From: Haplodiscus bocki
Lineage: Eukaryota
NCBI GenBank assembly: GCA_965655095.1
Contig: OZ296652.1
Span: 39,742,001 to 39,806,000, forward strand
Direction of reading: 5' to 3'
DNA: 64,000 nucleotides
The position numbers and the translations under genes are program-made. Of the stretch, positions 52,191 through 64,000 are shown in pieces (within the stretch, counting starts at the first letter, position 1; the number at the start of each line of letters is the position of its first letter). Below the pieces are notes generated by a model that had not been told where the DNA came from, ran no database searches, and was given only the letters and a program-made list of their open reading frames with translations.

Positions 52191-53843
52191 AATCAGTTCA
52201 TGATAAGGCTTGAGTGTTTTGGAACTTAAAAAAAGGCTTCGTTACTTCTCAGCCTCTCTGGACAATTATTTCAACTTTATTGCATGGTAGTTACAAAGCT
52301 TCAAATCACATCAATATGCGCAGCTGTAAAATTCAACAACTGGTGTCATAAAAGATCCGCACACGTCATAAAAATCCACGGGGCTCAAACAAATCATATA
52401 AAAGCATTTTCGGGAAAACGTCTCACTTTGCCGAATGTGAACTTTATCTTTATATATTGATCCTTATTTTAATATATTACCTGTTGCGGACAATGCTCGG
52501 ATCACTGTGTTCTTACATTACCTAAATCGGACAAAACTTGGGTAACTATCAGAATACATTGCCTGATTTTTAACATTGAAGCGGACCTTTTATCTTGAAA
52601 CATTGAGTCAGATGTTGCCGAGGCACAAACACATGCCCTACTTTGATATATTCCCGAACTTTAGATTACCTTAAATACATTGGTGGATGACCAAACTCGA
52701 GATCCAGGGTGTGAAGTCTATCATGGTACATGGAAGTTCAACCAAAGCCCCTCCCGCCATCTGATCACCTCACTCTCTGATTACTAACGAGTGGATTGTC
52801 CTTTGACTGAGACACCTTTCAAGTCGGAGCCTACTATTATACAATGAAAATACGAAAGTTTTTAGTCGGTACAACTAACTTTTCAACGATGAATTTATTT
52901 TCCTGGAATCGATGGATGAGAACTTCATTGCGTGAACTGGATGATGTCGGAATGTTTTGTTTCTTTCCAGAAGACTTGAACTGATGGACCACTTTTGATC
53001 ATGTGAAACGTCATGATGTGATACGTAAGATATCATGTGTTTACCTCAATTCATAAAAGGATGAACCACCACGTGGTCTAGGGTCTATAATCTATCTTAA
53101 TACATGGAAGGTCGTCCATTCCACCTCACTTGATCGACTCACTCTTCTACTCTTCTCCTTCATAAGAGAGACTAGAGCGAAGAGAAAGTGCTGCTTCGTT
53201 GTTGTGCGAGACACGAGGAAAGTGAACTATTTCGTGGTGACGAGGGATTGAGAACTTTTCAAACAAGGTGTCTTCCTCTAAGCAAGCTTTGCTGAGACCT
53301 ATAACAGACGGCCTGTTACCCAAAATGGTGACTAGCGAATTGATCCGTCATTATTGTTGTTCAAGGACCGAATAATTGTTTGTTGAAGCGAGGTATCGTT
53401 GTCATCTTGTAACATGTTACTACGGGGACCCTTCTCAATGGTTCAAAGATTTGAAGGGAGCTGAAGAAAACTTCAATTGGGAGTTTCACGGGCAGTGGAG
53501 AATAACAGCGGATCGACCACACCTTTTTAACATATAAAAACATGTCAAAAAACAGCATCCCCATATTAGTTAGGAAGGCGTATCTCTGTTCCGTGACTGA
53601 ATTTATCCGTTTTACTTGAAGGTTGTGTTCAGAAACCCGTCACGAAAAACAGCCACGAAAAACAACCGTAGAAAAACGTGACGTGTACCAGTGCAATTAT
53701 TTTCAAAAGAGCTACCTCTATTTGTAAACGATCAAATAACTTTGATTAGAAGGCATTGAGTACCTTTTCTTTTTCTTAAAGAGTTGATCAGGACAACGTC
53801 AAAGAAATATTTGGTCTAAATTGGTGTTAGTTCAAATTCGTAT

Positions 53844-53860
53844 TAGTAGTAGTAGTAGTA
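53844..53860 (-). repeat. (CTA/TAC)n microsatellite 3' tail of the LINE
   Basis: TAGTAGTAGTAGTAGTA on the plus strand lies ~55 bp downstream of the ORF2 stop in LINE orientation. Short tandem-repeat tails are typical of CR1-group LINEs. Confidence 0.8.
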
Positions 53861-53913
53861 AAAGACTTAATTCCTGGAGAGAGGATAATAGGTGAAAACA
53901 AGAAAGCAATAAC

Positions 53914-56750
53914 TCAAGACCGACAGGTTTCACAAAACCATTTGACAAAATAGGAGCATGAGCGATCAATATTAAAAGTAGACTTGGTTTTGAACGTTAG
54001 AAAATTATTTAAGGCTGATTTGAAGATTCCAACGGGCATTTCGAATGAAATGAATCGTTGGCGAATGAGTTCATTTGCAGCACGGGGGGCCCGCACGAAG
54101 AAGTTGTGTTCACTCGAGAACGTATGAGTCTTTGGGACAACGAAGAGGTTATTTGTGGAAGATCGCGTTGGTAGTGACATTGTACCTAGGTTGAAGTCAA
54201 CATCGATTTGGTTGTTGTAGAGCTTCCATAGAAGGATGATGTCATCTTTGATGAGTACGTAAGAGATGGGGAGTAGATCTAGTTGCGACAACCCTGAAAC
54301 ATAAGATGGACAAGCTTTAATCCACCGTATTGCTTTGTACTGAGAAAGTTCCATTCTTTTTAGGTCTACTACTGAAGGACACCAGACAGGAGTACCATAG
54401 AGCAAGAATGGAAGCAATAGAGACTTCACGAGTAACTTCTTTCAGTTGACTGATATGACATGAGGGATATTTCTCTTAAGTAATTGGAAGACTCTGCTGC
54501 TTTTCAGGAGTTTGATGTTGATATGTTCCTTCCAAGTTAGATTTCTTGTGACGATAAAACCCAAGTTTTCGATTTTATCGACGTATGGTAGGCAATGAGA
54601 ACTCAATATCACCTGTATGTTTTTGTCAAACCCACCGAATTTCAGGGCTTTGCACTTCAAGGGATGGAGTTCGAGGCAATTGAGAGAACACTACCGTTGT
54701 AGAGAATCGATATCATTCTGAACAAGGGACTCATCTGCAGAGGTAAAAATTTCGAGATCATCAGCACACAAATAGAAGTGACTGTTTGAAATATCATCGG
54801 CAATGTCGTTGATGAATAAAACGAATAGAAGTGGGCCCAGTACACTACCTGGGGACACACCAGAGGTAACAGGGAGTGGAAAAGAAACAGATTTGTTGAA
54901 CCTGACACATTGATATCGGTTGATCAAGTACGAGTTGAACTAGTGAAGGATACCCAGATCAAATCCGAAGTTTTCCAGTTTAGATAGCAACAAGTGATCC
55001 GGGACAGTGTTAAATGCTTTTCGAACATCAAAATATGTGGACAAGGCCGGAATATTGTTATCACGAGAAGAGTATACTAGATCAAGGTATGTAATCATTT
55101 GACTGACTGTACCGAGGGACTTCAAAAGACCATGTTGTTCACGTTTGATCAAATGCCTAAGTTTTGGGGAAATGAAATCAAAAAGAAATTTTTCCAGGAT
55201 CAAACACAGGAAAGGTAGAATTCTTATAGGCCTGTAATTGGTTATATCATTGAGGGCACCACTGTTGAACAGAGGTGTAACTAACGAAAGTTTCCATTGT
55301 TCAGGCCAGTTCTTCCAATTGAGAATTCAATAAAAGCGATCAAGGATTACCGGAGAAAGGGCTTCTGCAAAGTTGAATAAAACGAACGAGGGTACAAGGT
55401 CTGCCACTGCATTACTGGAATCTTGACACTTTTTCAATAACAATGTGATGTTCTCGAGAGTTAAACATTTGACGAAGAAGTATTATCAGGAAGCGGTGAC
55501 TTAACTTTGTCATTAAACACAGACGCAAAATAATTGTTGAATTCAGAGGCTATTTCAAACTGCTTGTGGAAAGTTGCACCATTGTGAAACATTGTTGTAG
55601 GTAAGTTGGTTGAAAAACCAAGTTCTCTCAGAAGTTTAAAACAGTGGCTATTTGAAGAGAGATTGAACTGGTCGTTGAACAATTCTTTGTCGAACTCGAT
55701 GGATTCTGAAAGTTCTTTCAAGAGTTCACTCAATTTGATTGCTTGAAGGAGAGATCTTTCTCTGGGAAGCCTGCGAAGAGTAATTTCTTTCTGATTGATC
55801 AGATGCACTCTGTGGTAGGAATAGAATAGAGGGAAGTTCATCCTTTTTGATCGCTTGAACTCTTGAACTTGACAGCTGAGGTGAAACAACCAAAAAGACA
55901 GCTATATCACTGATCGGGATAATGTGGCTTCAGAGAGTTGTCAGTTGACATGAGTTCGAAGAGCCCATGTAAGTTGGTAATAAAAATCTGATTGTTGAAT
56001 GAAGATTTGGAAAAGGAGCTCCCATGTGACTGTGACCTGAAGTTAACAAAGTCAAGGTTAAAGAAGATGGGATAGTGGTCGGAGAACAGCTGCTTCCCAT
56101 TGGATAATGACACATTTTGGTTCGAAAGTACTAGATCAAGAATGTTAGTACTTCTATCTGAGGCTTCGCTGACAAATTGTGACAAACCGTGGTCGACTAT
56201 AAAATCAATGAATTGACATTCAGACGCAATTGAGGAAGAATATGTGTTCCAATCAATGGAGGGGAAGTTAAAATCACCCAGTAGATAGTTATTAAAACTT
56301 GTGCCGCAAGCGACCTGCCGTAATACTTCTTGAAACTTAGGGAAGTAAGCATCAAGGCACTTCACTAACTCTTCGATGTCAATAGAGTGGGCTGATGATG
56401 AAGGAGGATTGTAGACAAGAACGAAGAATGATGGTGTATCACTGAAAACGACACAAGAAACGGCAAACTTGAATGCAGGAATAGAAATGTCTAATACTTT
56501 CAGGATGTCCTTCGTACACTGTGCAATCAGACAGCCACCATGTTTACCACGATCATGTCTGGCAATGATGTTGAAGGTGGAACCTAAGAAAATTTCAGGA
56601 TTGGATATTTCAGAGTAGAGCCAGGTTTCAGTCAGAAAAACCAAGGAACCGAATTTATATTAAAGTTTCGTTAACGCGTAGCGTTTTTCAAAGGAACAAA
56701 TAGATTGACAGTTGACCAGTAAACATGTGCGTGGGCATAATCATTGAGTG
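53914..56750 (-). pseudogene. LINE ORF2 (apurinic endonuclease-reverse transcriptase), disrupted
   Basis: EN motifs: CLLVNCQSI, LTETWL, GGCLI, VYNPP, LLGDFNFPSIDW, NILDLVL, FSDHYPI. RT motifs: NYRPIRILP, QHG, YFDVRKAFNTV, SGVSPGSVLGPLLFVLFIND, CADD (YADD mutated). The frame is split over six or more track ORFs by stops and frameshifts. Confidence 0.93.
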
Positions 56751-59700
56751 GAGATTTCAACCAGTTCGTTCTTGTAGTAGAGCTTCAAATTTATTAAGAG
56801 GACGTTGCATGCTCAAAGATTGCCCAGGTTCGTTTACTTCAATTTCACTCTGGAAACATCAAAAATGGTTTTTTGTTGCATTTGAAAAACAATGTAATGA
56901 TTCGAAGCTTTTGATCCTTTCGGCCAACTTGAACATCCAAATTACACAAAATCTGTTGCACGAAAAAGAATCCATTTCAAGGAAGACATGTTTGCAAATT
57001 GAGAAAAAAAAACAGAAACAAGAGAAGTTGCCAGATGAAATTGAAGATCATGAGGATTGGGGTGCCTTCGGTGGGCTAGAAGACCCGCGGGATTGTTCGA
57101 CAGCGAAATTCATCTCTGGTGCTTGAACCCAGGTTTCGGACGTCAAATGTAGGGCGCTTCAAGGGTCATGAGTTTTTCGTTGATCGTAGAGTCCAAGGTC
57201 TTCACATCATTCAATGTTACAACTCCATTGCATCCTTTAAGTTGGTTGGACACGGGGTATTCTGTGCTCTGTTTTTTGTTTCTCTAAGCTAGGTATTGCG
57301 ATATTTTCCCGACGAAGAAGGACAGGTAGTTTTATGGAACAAGTTTTTTTCCAGTGAGAAGGGTACAGAATTTTGAAGGAAATTGATATTATTTTCCGTT
57401 TTAGCAATAGACCGTTGGGAGTACCAAGTTATTCGCTGTGACGGCAAAGTGTGTAAACAATTTTCCAAGAATTTTCAAATTCATAAAAACTTCAAACCGT
57501 AAACGTCACAGTTTTTCTGCGAGTCTTCACCCGTCATTGTTTCATCTCCAGTAAGTTTGAAAGCGTACTTTTGAAAGTTTTGACCAAGAAGCATTTTGGC
57601 TACTGCTTCTTTTCTTGTGTCACCGCATTTTCCTGTTAACTGATTTGGAACTCGTTACGTTTTGAAAATCAGTTGAAAATCATCGGGACAAATTCGGACA
57701 CCTTACCAGAAAGAGAACTTTTTGAAATCACTGAGTTGAAATTTAACAGAATTCTTGTAAGTGCTTTCCGATAACACCGCGGAACAAAGCCTTTTTCTGA
57801 CTTCTGTGTCAATTCAATAGCAATCAACCTTTATTGTTTTTTTCCAATAGAAATTTCAAACTTTCTTACGAAAACATTTTCAAAAGTGTTAGCGCTGTAG
57901 CGGGGTTAGCCTTGTTTATGGTTTGGTGCTTATTCACTTCACTCAGTATGCACGCTACGAAAATTGGTGGACGTTCGAGTGGTGCATAATAGAAGGCTAG
58001 GGGAACGTATCGCAAAATGTTTCAACGCTTGCCTAGAACAGTTCGTTTTATCAAGGTAGCACATTCCAAAGCAATGCATTTTTTATTATAAACAAAAAAT
58101 GGACTGATTCGAAACGAGTCTGATGGAGCTCAGAGAAGGAAAGAAAAAAATAGTTTGATAGTCTGAACGCTTCCTCAGAACGCCGACTGAAAACTAAAAA
58201 CAACAAAAGGTACATGAATAAAATCTGGCAGAAGCAACAGTTGTTTTGATCTTCTAAACACTTGGTCACTGTCGATTATCGCGTTCCTTGTATGTCATCA
58301 TTTAATAATATTTTTCAATTAATTCAATCAATAATATATCTCAATTGGAGGCCAAGGGTTCCGGTAATTGGATCAATTTTGACCCTTTGCCTGTCCCATA
58401 GTTGTCGCCTACTTTATATTCTGCCATGCAATGCCTAATTTTGACTCAAAATTGTTCAAAGACTCTGGCTTACACATCATCAGGTGGATTTTTTCAACCC
58501 TTTGCCCCTTGCACCGTGTAAAAGTTTTTCCTGATTGCTGTTGTCGACAAATGTGTTGTTTTCTGTGAATGTTCTCTCTTTCAATGCTAATGTCATTTTT
58601 ATCTTCCTCATCCAAAACATTAGGCTGCTCTGTCATTCATTCTCTTTTCCCCCGTTAACCAATGGTTAACTAATTTGGTCGGTATCCTGAATTGGTTGTG
58701 CGGCAGAAAAGGCAGGAAGGAAATCACTTTTATGTCTCGTTTCTGTATTTCTGTGACTCCATTCAGGAGATGACAGCATTGGAAAAAACTTGTGAGGAGT
58801 GATTAGTGCTTTTTGGACTCGCTAAAACTTGTGCTGAAGTTGTTGGAAGATTTAAACCTTCAGTAGAAGTTTTGTGAGGTGAACTTCCAGAGCGGCGATT
58901 ATTCAGAAAGCCAAAAGTTTTAGAATATTCAAAGCGTCGAAACTGTGGGAGCAAGCAATGGTCTATTGGTAAATTTGCGACGGCTGGAAAAGTCCGCACA
59001 GTTTTTGCGCTCTGGGAAACGATTTTTGTTCGGCGCAATGAAAAGTCACTTGAAAAATTGAGAAAATTCATAAAATTCATTATTCGAGAATGGAGATGAA
59101 GATCAATGAAAGTTAAAGTGAAGGTGGAGAGTATTGGGAGCATGGTTCAAGGAACAAATCAAATGACAAAACATCTCAGTTCGATTTTAAAGCCGCTATC
59201 ACCAGGAAAATTTGGCAATGTTCAATTTTACAAGCAAAATCAATATACTTGAGCCGCCATTTCACGCGTCAGTTCCGAGCTGTTCATATTATCGCGTTAC
59301 GAAAAACACTCAAACTTAATGAAAAATCGCAGTTTTATAGATATAAAATAACGAAAAGTTGAAAATAACCTGAAGAGACTTCAGCCCAAAATGAGGATCT
59401 CCAGAATTACAAGATTTCATATGAATAACCAAATTGATTGGTGCAGTTTGTTTATTTGTTAATTTTACGGGAAACACGAACTAGTTAGGATTATCATGAA
59501 GGAAAATTTACTGAGCAAACTTAAGTTCACCAGCAGAGAAGATAACCCAGGAAATGACTAAATAAAGGGCCCTGGCTGAGGCATACCCGAGTATACAGAA
59601 AGAGCGAAAATCTCGACTATATGGCTACACAGTGGATACAAGTTAATGCTAGATATTTGCCAATAAATATTTGACGACTTTACGGCGTCATGAATAAATT

Positions 59701-59829
59701 CGGAGTTTACTCGATTGGAATTGCACAAATTGACGATAAAACTGAAGAAAAATTAACATTTCGAATTTGCCCAAGTTCTATCAAGCTATTTATTGGTCAG
59801 TAGGTCTGTCTGACATGTTTAACATGCGC

Positions 59830-60902
59830 TGTTTTTCTAAGGGTTGCAGGCATGAAAAATCAGCGTGATGCCATTTCAGAGTCATTTGGCACAACTGAAG
59901 AAATCATAATTTCACTCACTCGCTTACCGTCAACAACTTACTCTCTTCTTTTCTCCTTGCTCTTCTCAATCTTCGAAATTTTTCTCAGTCAAATTTTGAA
60001 TGAACCGCAAAATCGCTTTTATCAAAATTATTCCAAGTGAAAAAATGACATGGCCGCAAAACGCTCATCATCGAAAATATTCAAGGTCGAAATATGACTC
60101 AGCCGCAAAACCTCCATGTTCGTAAAAAAACCGCCATTCCTCACCTCCTCATATGACTAAATGATCCTAAGGTAAACATTTCTATCTGCAGCGCTTTCCC
60201 ATTAGAAGATTACTCGACGACGCCAAAGACGAGCATAAAAACCCCATGCACCCTCATTATACTCATTTGCTCTCTACAGTTAACTAGCCTACTTCCCCGA
60301 GGCGAAACTCTCTTCCACTTCACCCTCTCAATGATTTCAGAGCAAAATTCTCATCATTGAAATTATTACAGGACAAAATTTTCATCGAAATTTTTCTAAG
60401 TCAAATTTATCCTAGAACAAAACTTGTCTTAGCTTCAAATTTTGATCTGCAGAACCAACTTCCTCGGTCTCGATTTGCTCACCGAATCTTTCTATTGGCT
60501 CTCGTCCAAAATTTCAAGGACACGTGACCATCCGGGTATAAATACCCAGTGCACGTCCATAATATTCTTCAGCTCGGTCTATTTCACCTGCTCAGTTCCA
60601 CGGGGTTAAAATCTTCTCGACCTCCTTCTGAATTCCTAGCTTCTCTTACTCGAATCTTCTCATTATCACTTCTCAGCGAGCAAAACCTAACATTGACTAT
60701 CAACCAACACCCACCTGAAGAACCCGAACATTAACGCAATCCTTCAACTTCTATGATTGTACCAGTGAGTCTTTCATTTCAATTACTAGTAGAGTAAACC
60801 TCGCTGGAAAATCTTAATAGATTTTTGCATTTCAAATCCAGTCGGTTAATAATCTACTGGTTATTCCAAATTTGTGAAAATAAAAGATAAACCCTCTCAA
60901 CA
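59830..60902 (+). mobile_element. Possible solo LTR
   Basis: It has an upstream 24-bp direct repeat (59973/60385), a TATA module, AATAAA at 60879 and a terminal ...CTCTCAACA at 60902. The 5' TG boundary and TSD are not secure. Confidence 0.3.
60494..60575 (+). promoter_or_regulatory. Pol II core-promoter-like cluster (CCAAT, E-box, TATA, Inr-like)
   Basis: ATTGG at 60494, CACGTG at 60521, TATAAATA at 60537 (inside the dyad GGGTAT-AA-ATACCC), and TCAGCT at 60569. Confidence 0.4.
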
Positions 60903-61127
60903 TTTTCGCGAGTTAATTAGCGCGTTTGAGATAAAGGGATATAGGAGAAGTAGCTCAGTAAACGTGAAAACGAGTGACACTGAGTCTTAGATAAAATCTA
61001 AAAAGTTAAAAGAATTCAGACCCCTCCAACAAATCCGAGGACTATATCACGGTATGGGACAAAAAGGGAACTAAGATCTCTAGACCACTTCTATGCTAAG
61101 CAAGTACTGAGTCGTTAAATAAAAAGC

Positions 61128-61518
61128 TAAAATACATGAAAGCGCCTCGTCAGTGGATTAACACTTGACTAAAAGACGACCCCAAGAAACTTGAGTTGGT
61201 TAACTGTTTTGTTGTATGTTACTACAGTCGTAGACAAAAACCTAAAACGGACAACTTATTAACATAAAAGTAAAATACATGAAAATGCCTCGCCAGTGGA
61301 TTAACACTTGAATAAAGGAGGACCCTATGAGACTTGACTTGGTCGACTGCTTATGCATGTCTTAGATGAAAAAGTGATATCCCGTTCAATAAACTCCGTT
61401 TGACTTTTGTCACGGTCTGAACTAAAGGGATTTAAGAAAATTGACTTGGTTAACTGCTTCATTGTACCTTACCGAAGTCTTAGCTAAACTGATTACATAT
61501 AACATAAGAGTAAAACTA
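61128..61518. repeat. Degenerate ~143-bp tandem repeat (two copies plus a partial third)
   Basis: TAAAATACATGAAA..GCCTCG.CAGTGGATTAACACTTGA.TAAA starts at 61128 and 61271. A third match (TTGACTTGGTTAACTG...TAACATAAGAGTAAAA) lies at ~61421-61518. Confidence 0.75.
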
Positions 61519-64000
61519 AAAAGAAACAAAAGGCAAAAACGCTGAGCTAGAAACAACGGATGTAACCATTCGTCGTTGCTCCAAAAGTAAAAAAGGGCCA
61601 AAAACTTACCTCAACTGAATCATGATAAAAATTTCCAATAATTTACGGAAAGATTTGTAAATTTATTGTTATCAATTGCTGTATTCTCATTTATTCAAAT
61701 AATTAAAATATCAGCTAAACTTAATATCTAATTTGATGTATTACGCAATATCAAAAACAGCGATGCCTTAAATTTCGAGTTTATCATAAAAATTCGTCGA
61801 ATACTTTGAATTTTCGGGTATATACTTTGAATATTGTAATGCTGGAGGATATTCTTTTGACTGTTGATACTGATATTCTGTTAACTGTGGAAGACTGCTT
61901 GAGGGGAATAAATATACAGTGGAGAGAGGCCTAATTCGTTGGATTTCGGGGATAAATTTGCTTGTTCTACAGTACAGTTGAATGATACAAAATTAATCTA
62001 TTACAGTCGACTTGTGGTGGATATTAGATTCGATTTATAAAATTTGGGAGATAGCTGAAGTTTATTAATTTAGATTTCTCAAATCTCACCCCTAATAATC
62101 TCACCCATCCGAAATTTCATTTTATCTTGTACACATTTGCATTGTACAAGTTGATTGCCATTTCCGTATATTCATCAAATAATTCATCTCTTACTTCAAA
62201 CTCTTTCTTGGCTCACCAAGTCCTTGCTAGTGATAATTACGCAACTTTGTTCACGCGGTTCAGCAAGGCAAGTTTACAGAGCTAATAACAGTGTAAGCAT
62301 CTGAAACTTTCTTACACGATAATGCAAACGTATGGCCGCACACGCTGCTCAGCAATATTAGGCAGCGAGAACAATAGTAAACAACTAATAACACCCCCAG
62401 TAGACCCGCGACAATATCGAAATGTTTGAGGGACTATAAACAGTTACATGCATGCGAGGAACAAAATCCTACACCCAACAGGGCAGAAATCACTCAAAAA
62501 TGAATGCCAATGGTGTCAACTCCGTCGATTAGACAGGTGTACTCATCTTCCAAAAAATAATGAGTGAATTGACTTGAAACCTTAATTAACGTCACCCTTG
62601 TCCATCAGATAGAATATTGGAAGTTCAAAGTTGCTAGATCGCCACATTCTGGTGGGCTTTGAACACGATTAGTGTAATATTCTGACGAATATTTTAAAAT
62701 TAATTAAATCCTACAATGTGGGAAAGCATGATCTTAATCTAATCCATTTTTGAATCATTAAATCTTGGCGCTATTAAATTAATTGACGTATCTTTTCTTG
62801 ACAAAAAACCCTCCCCTAACCGGAATTTTTTTGAAACCCATTTAACACACCACATTCTTCCTTCACATACCCGTTCCTTACAAAGAGAACCATTCAGCTT
62901 ATTTCACAGTTTTTCAACTTCTATGTTTTGTTGTTTTTTTTTGACAAAACATGTAGAAAGCTAATCAAGCAGCTGACATTTTTTGACTATGATGGCCCTA
63001 TTAGCTTAGGGTTAACGTTAATTTGTGTTTGATCCATGTCATTTCCAGAACCTAATCTTTTTCCTCGCTCAAGTGAACAAAAGTTTTCAGCTGCATGAGA
63101 ATTTCTCACCATTTCTGGTGCCAATTTCATTTGGCGTGCTTAGTTCTATTATCTCACAATCTAAAGCTTGTAGTAGTTACCATCCGGTTTCAAATATATG
63201 CTGATTTTCTTTTCCCTTTATGCAACGGAAAATCAGTCAGTTTTATCAGTCTCAACCAGCAAAAACTAAAAAACTTTTCAAAATTACTAAAACCGCATTC
63301 ATTGATTAGACGAAAAGCCGGTTGCATTTATAAACTTTCTCTTCAAATTGTTCCTCAATCCAGAACGGAGCCAAGGAACCAATTTTCATTTTAGAAGAGA
63401 ATTGATATCTTGAGGATGTGCATCAGTTGAGAATAGTTTGCGTCACAAAATTGAATATATCAACATATGGGCTAAGCTTGAATTGCAAAACTATTCTTTG
63501 AATTCAATAGAGCCCCTTTGACATGATAGAGATTTGGAGTTGATCGCAAGCAAAACATACGATCCGTCCTGAAGTTTAGATCTGTTTTTTTTTGGTCCAG
63601 CATCTGTTACATCATTGACTTTATTACGGAAGGAAAACTTCCGATCTTATCATCAGAAAATTGTCCGAAACTTCCCGTGTTCCCTAGCCGAACCCCAGTT
63701 TTTTTGCTTCATCCCCAACATAGACGCAACTTATAATAGTCAGTCGTTGACGCATTTCGATAGGTCGTTACTGTCTTTTAAAAAACGAACCGTATTGTCA
63801 AGCATTGTCATCCTACGACGAGTTGCGACACTATCATGATTAGCACTCACTACAACGCAAATTTTCGTTTTTTTTTACATAGTTGTAATAGGCTATGGAC
63901 TAGCGGAGTGTTCCCATATACAGTAGTGTCAGAAAAGAAGGGAACCTTTATTTGTGAATTAATACTGGAACGCTACATATACTTGCGTAATACTCAAAAA

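Larger units (their letters stand above)
46131..53840. mobile_element. Fossil Polinton/Maverick-like element fragment (source locus of the megasatellite); right boundary uncertain
   Basis: It carries the pPolB pseudogene with tightly packed flanking ORF remnants. I could not recognise a terminal inverted repeat, integrase, ATPase or capsid gene. Extension beyond 52,190 is inferred only. Confidence 0.6.
53844..57260 (-). mobile_element. Decayed non-LTR retrotransposon (LINE), CR1 group (CR1/L2/Crack/Daphne-like); 5' boundary approximate
   Basis: It has an APE endonuclease plus reverse transcriptase ORF2, a ~55-bp 3' UTR and a trinucleotide tail. The ~0.5 kb upstream of ORF2 may be an ORF1 remnant. 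No convincing TSD was found. Confidence 0.88.

Noticed and set aside
53844-53860. AGTAGT run as a Polinton terminal repeat
   Set aside because: It lies just downstream of the LINE ORF2 stop in LINE orientation, and no matching inverted terminus is present. The LINE tail is the simpler explanation.
57470-57490. TTCAAATTC as a LINE target-site duplication (matching 53,831-53,839)
   Set aside because: It is a short AT-rich match that does not directly abut the tail, and the LINE 5' end is undefined.
57638-57674. Inverted repeat AACTGATTT…AAATCAGTT
   Set aside because: A 9-bp AT-rich stem with no supporting context is plausible by chance.
58051-59143. Minus-strand ORFs of 72-126 aa
   Set aside because: They have no recognisable domain or convincing exon structure.
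61600-62220. Minus-strand splice donor (GAG|GTAAG at ~61,605-61,612) with a possible upstream exon
   Set aside because: The upstream frame I translated contains multiple stops, the track shows no ORF here, and no protein similarity is recognisable.
63095-63839. Plus-strand ORFs of 99 and 74 aa
   Set aside because: They are low-information ORFs with no motifs and are consistent with chance.

Overview
This is AT-rich eukaryotic (probably invertebrate) repetitive DNA with no intact host gene that I can recognise. Positions 1 to ~48,090 are a head-to-tail megasatellite of a ~1.94-kb unit. A marker motif occurs 26 times, and the array runs off the left edge of the window. The unit appears to be a fragment of a Polinton/Maverick-like (protein-primed PolB) element. 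It contains the 3' end of one ORF (+), a whole decayed ~450-codon ORF (-), and the first ~190 bp of the PolB gene (+, zinc-finger N-terminus). The last copy does not loop back but continues into a full-length decayed pPolB pseudogene (47,899-52,190), so the source locus sits at the array edge. The array is layered: a homogeneous monomer block (1-16.2 kb), a block with a 5-unit higher-order repeat plus local expansions and conversion patches (16.2-41.4 kb), and old, diverged, deleted edge copies (41.4-48.1 kb). To the right are a decayed CR1-group LINE on the minus strand (~53.84-57.3 kb), a promoter/solo-LTR-like segment (~59.8-60.9 kb), a degenerate 143-bp tandem repeat, and unassigned sequence. 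All alignments and translations were done by eye, so boundaries are approximate.
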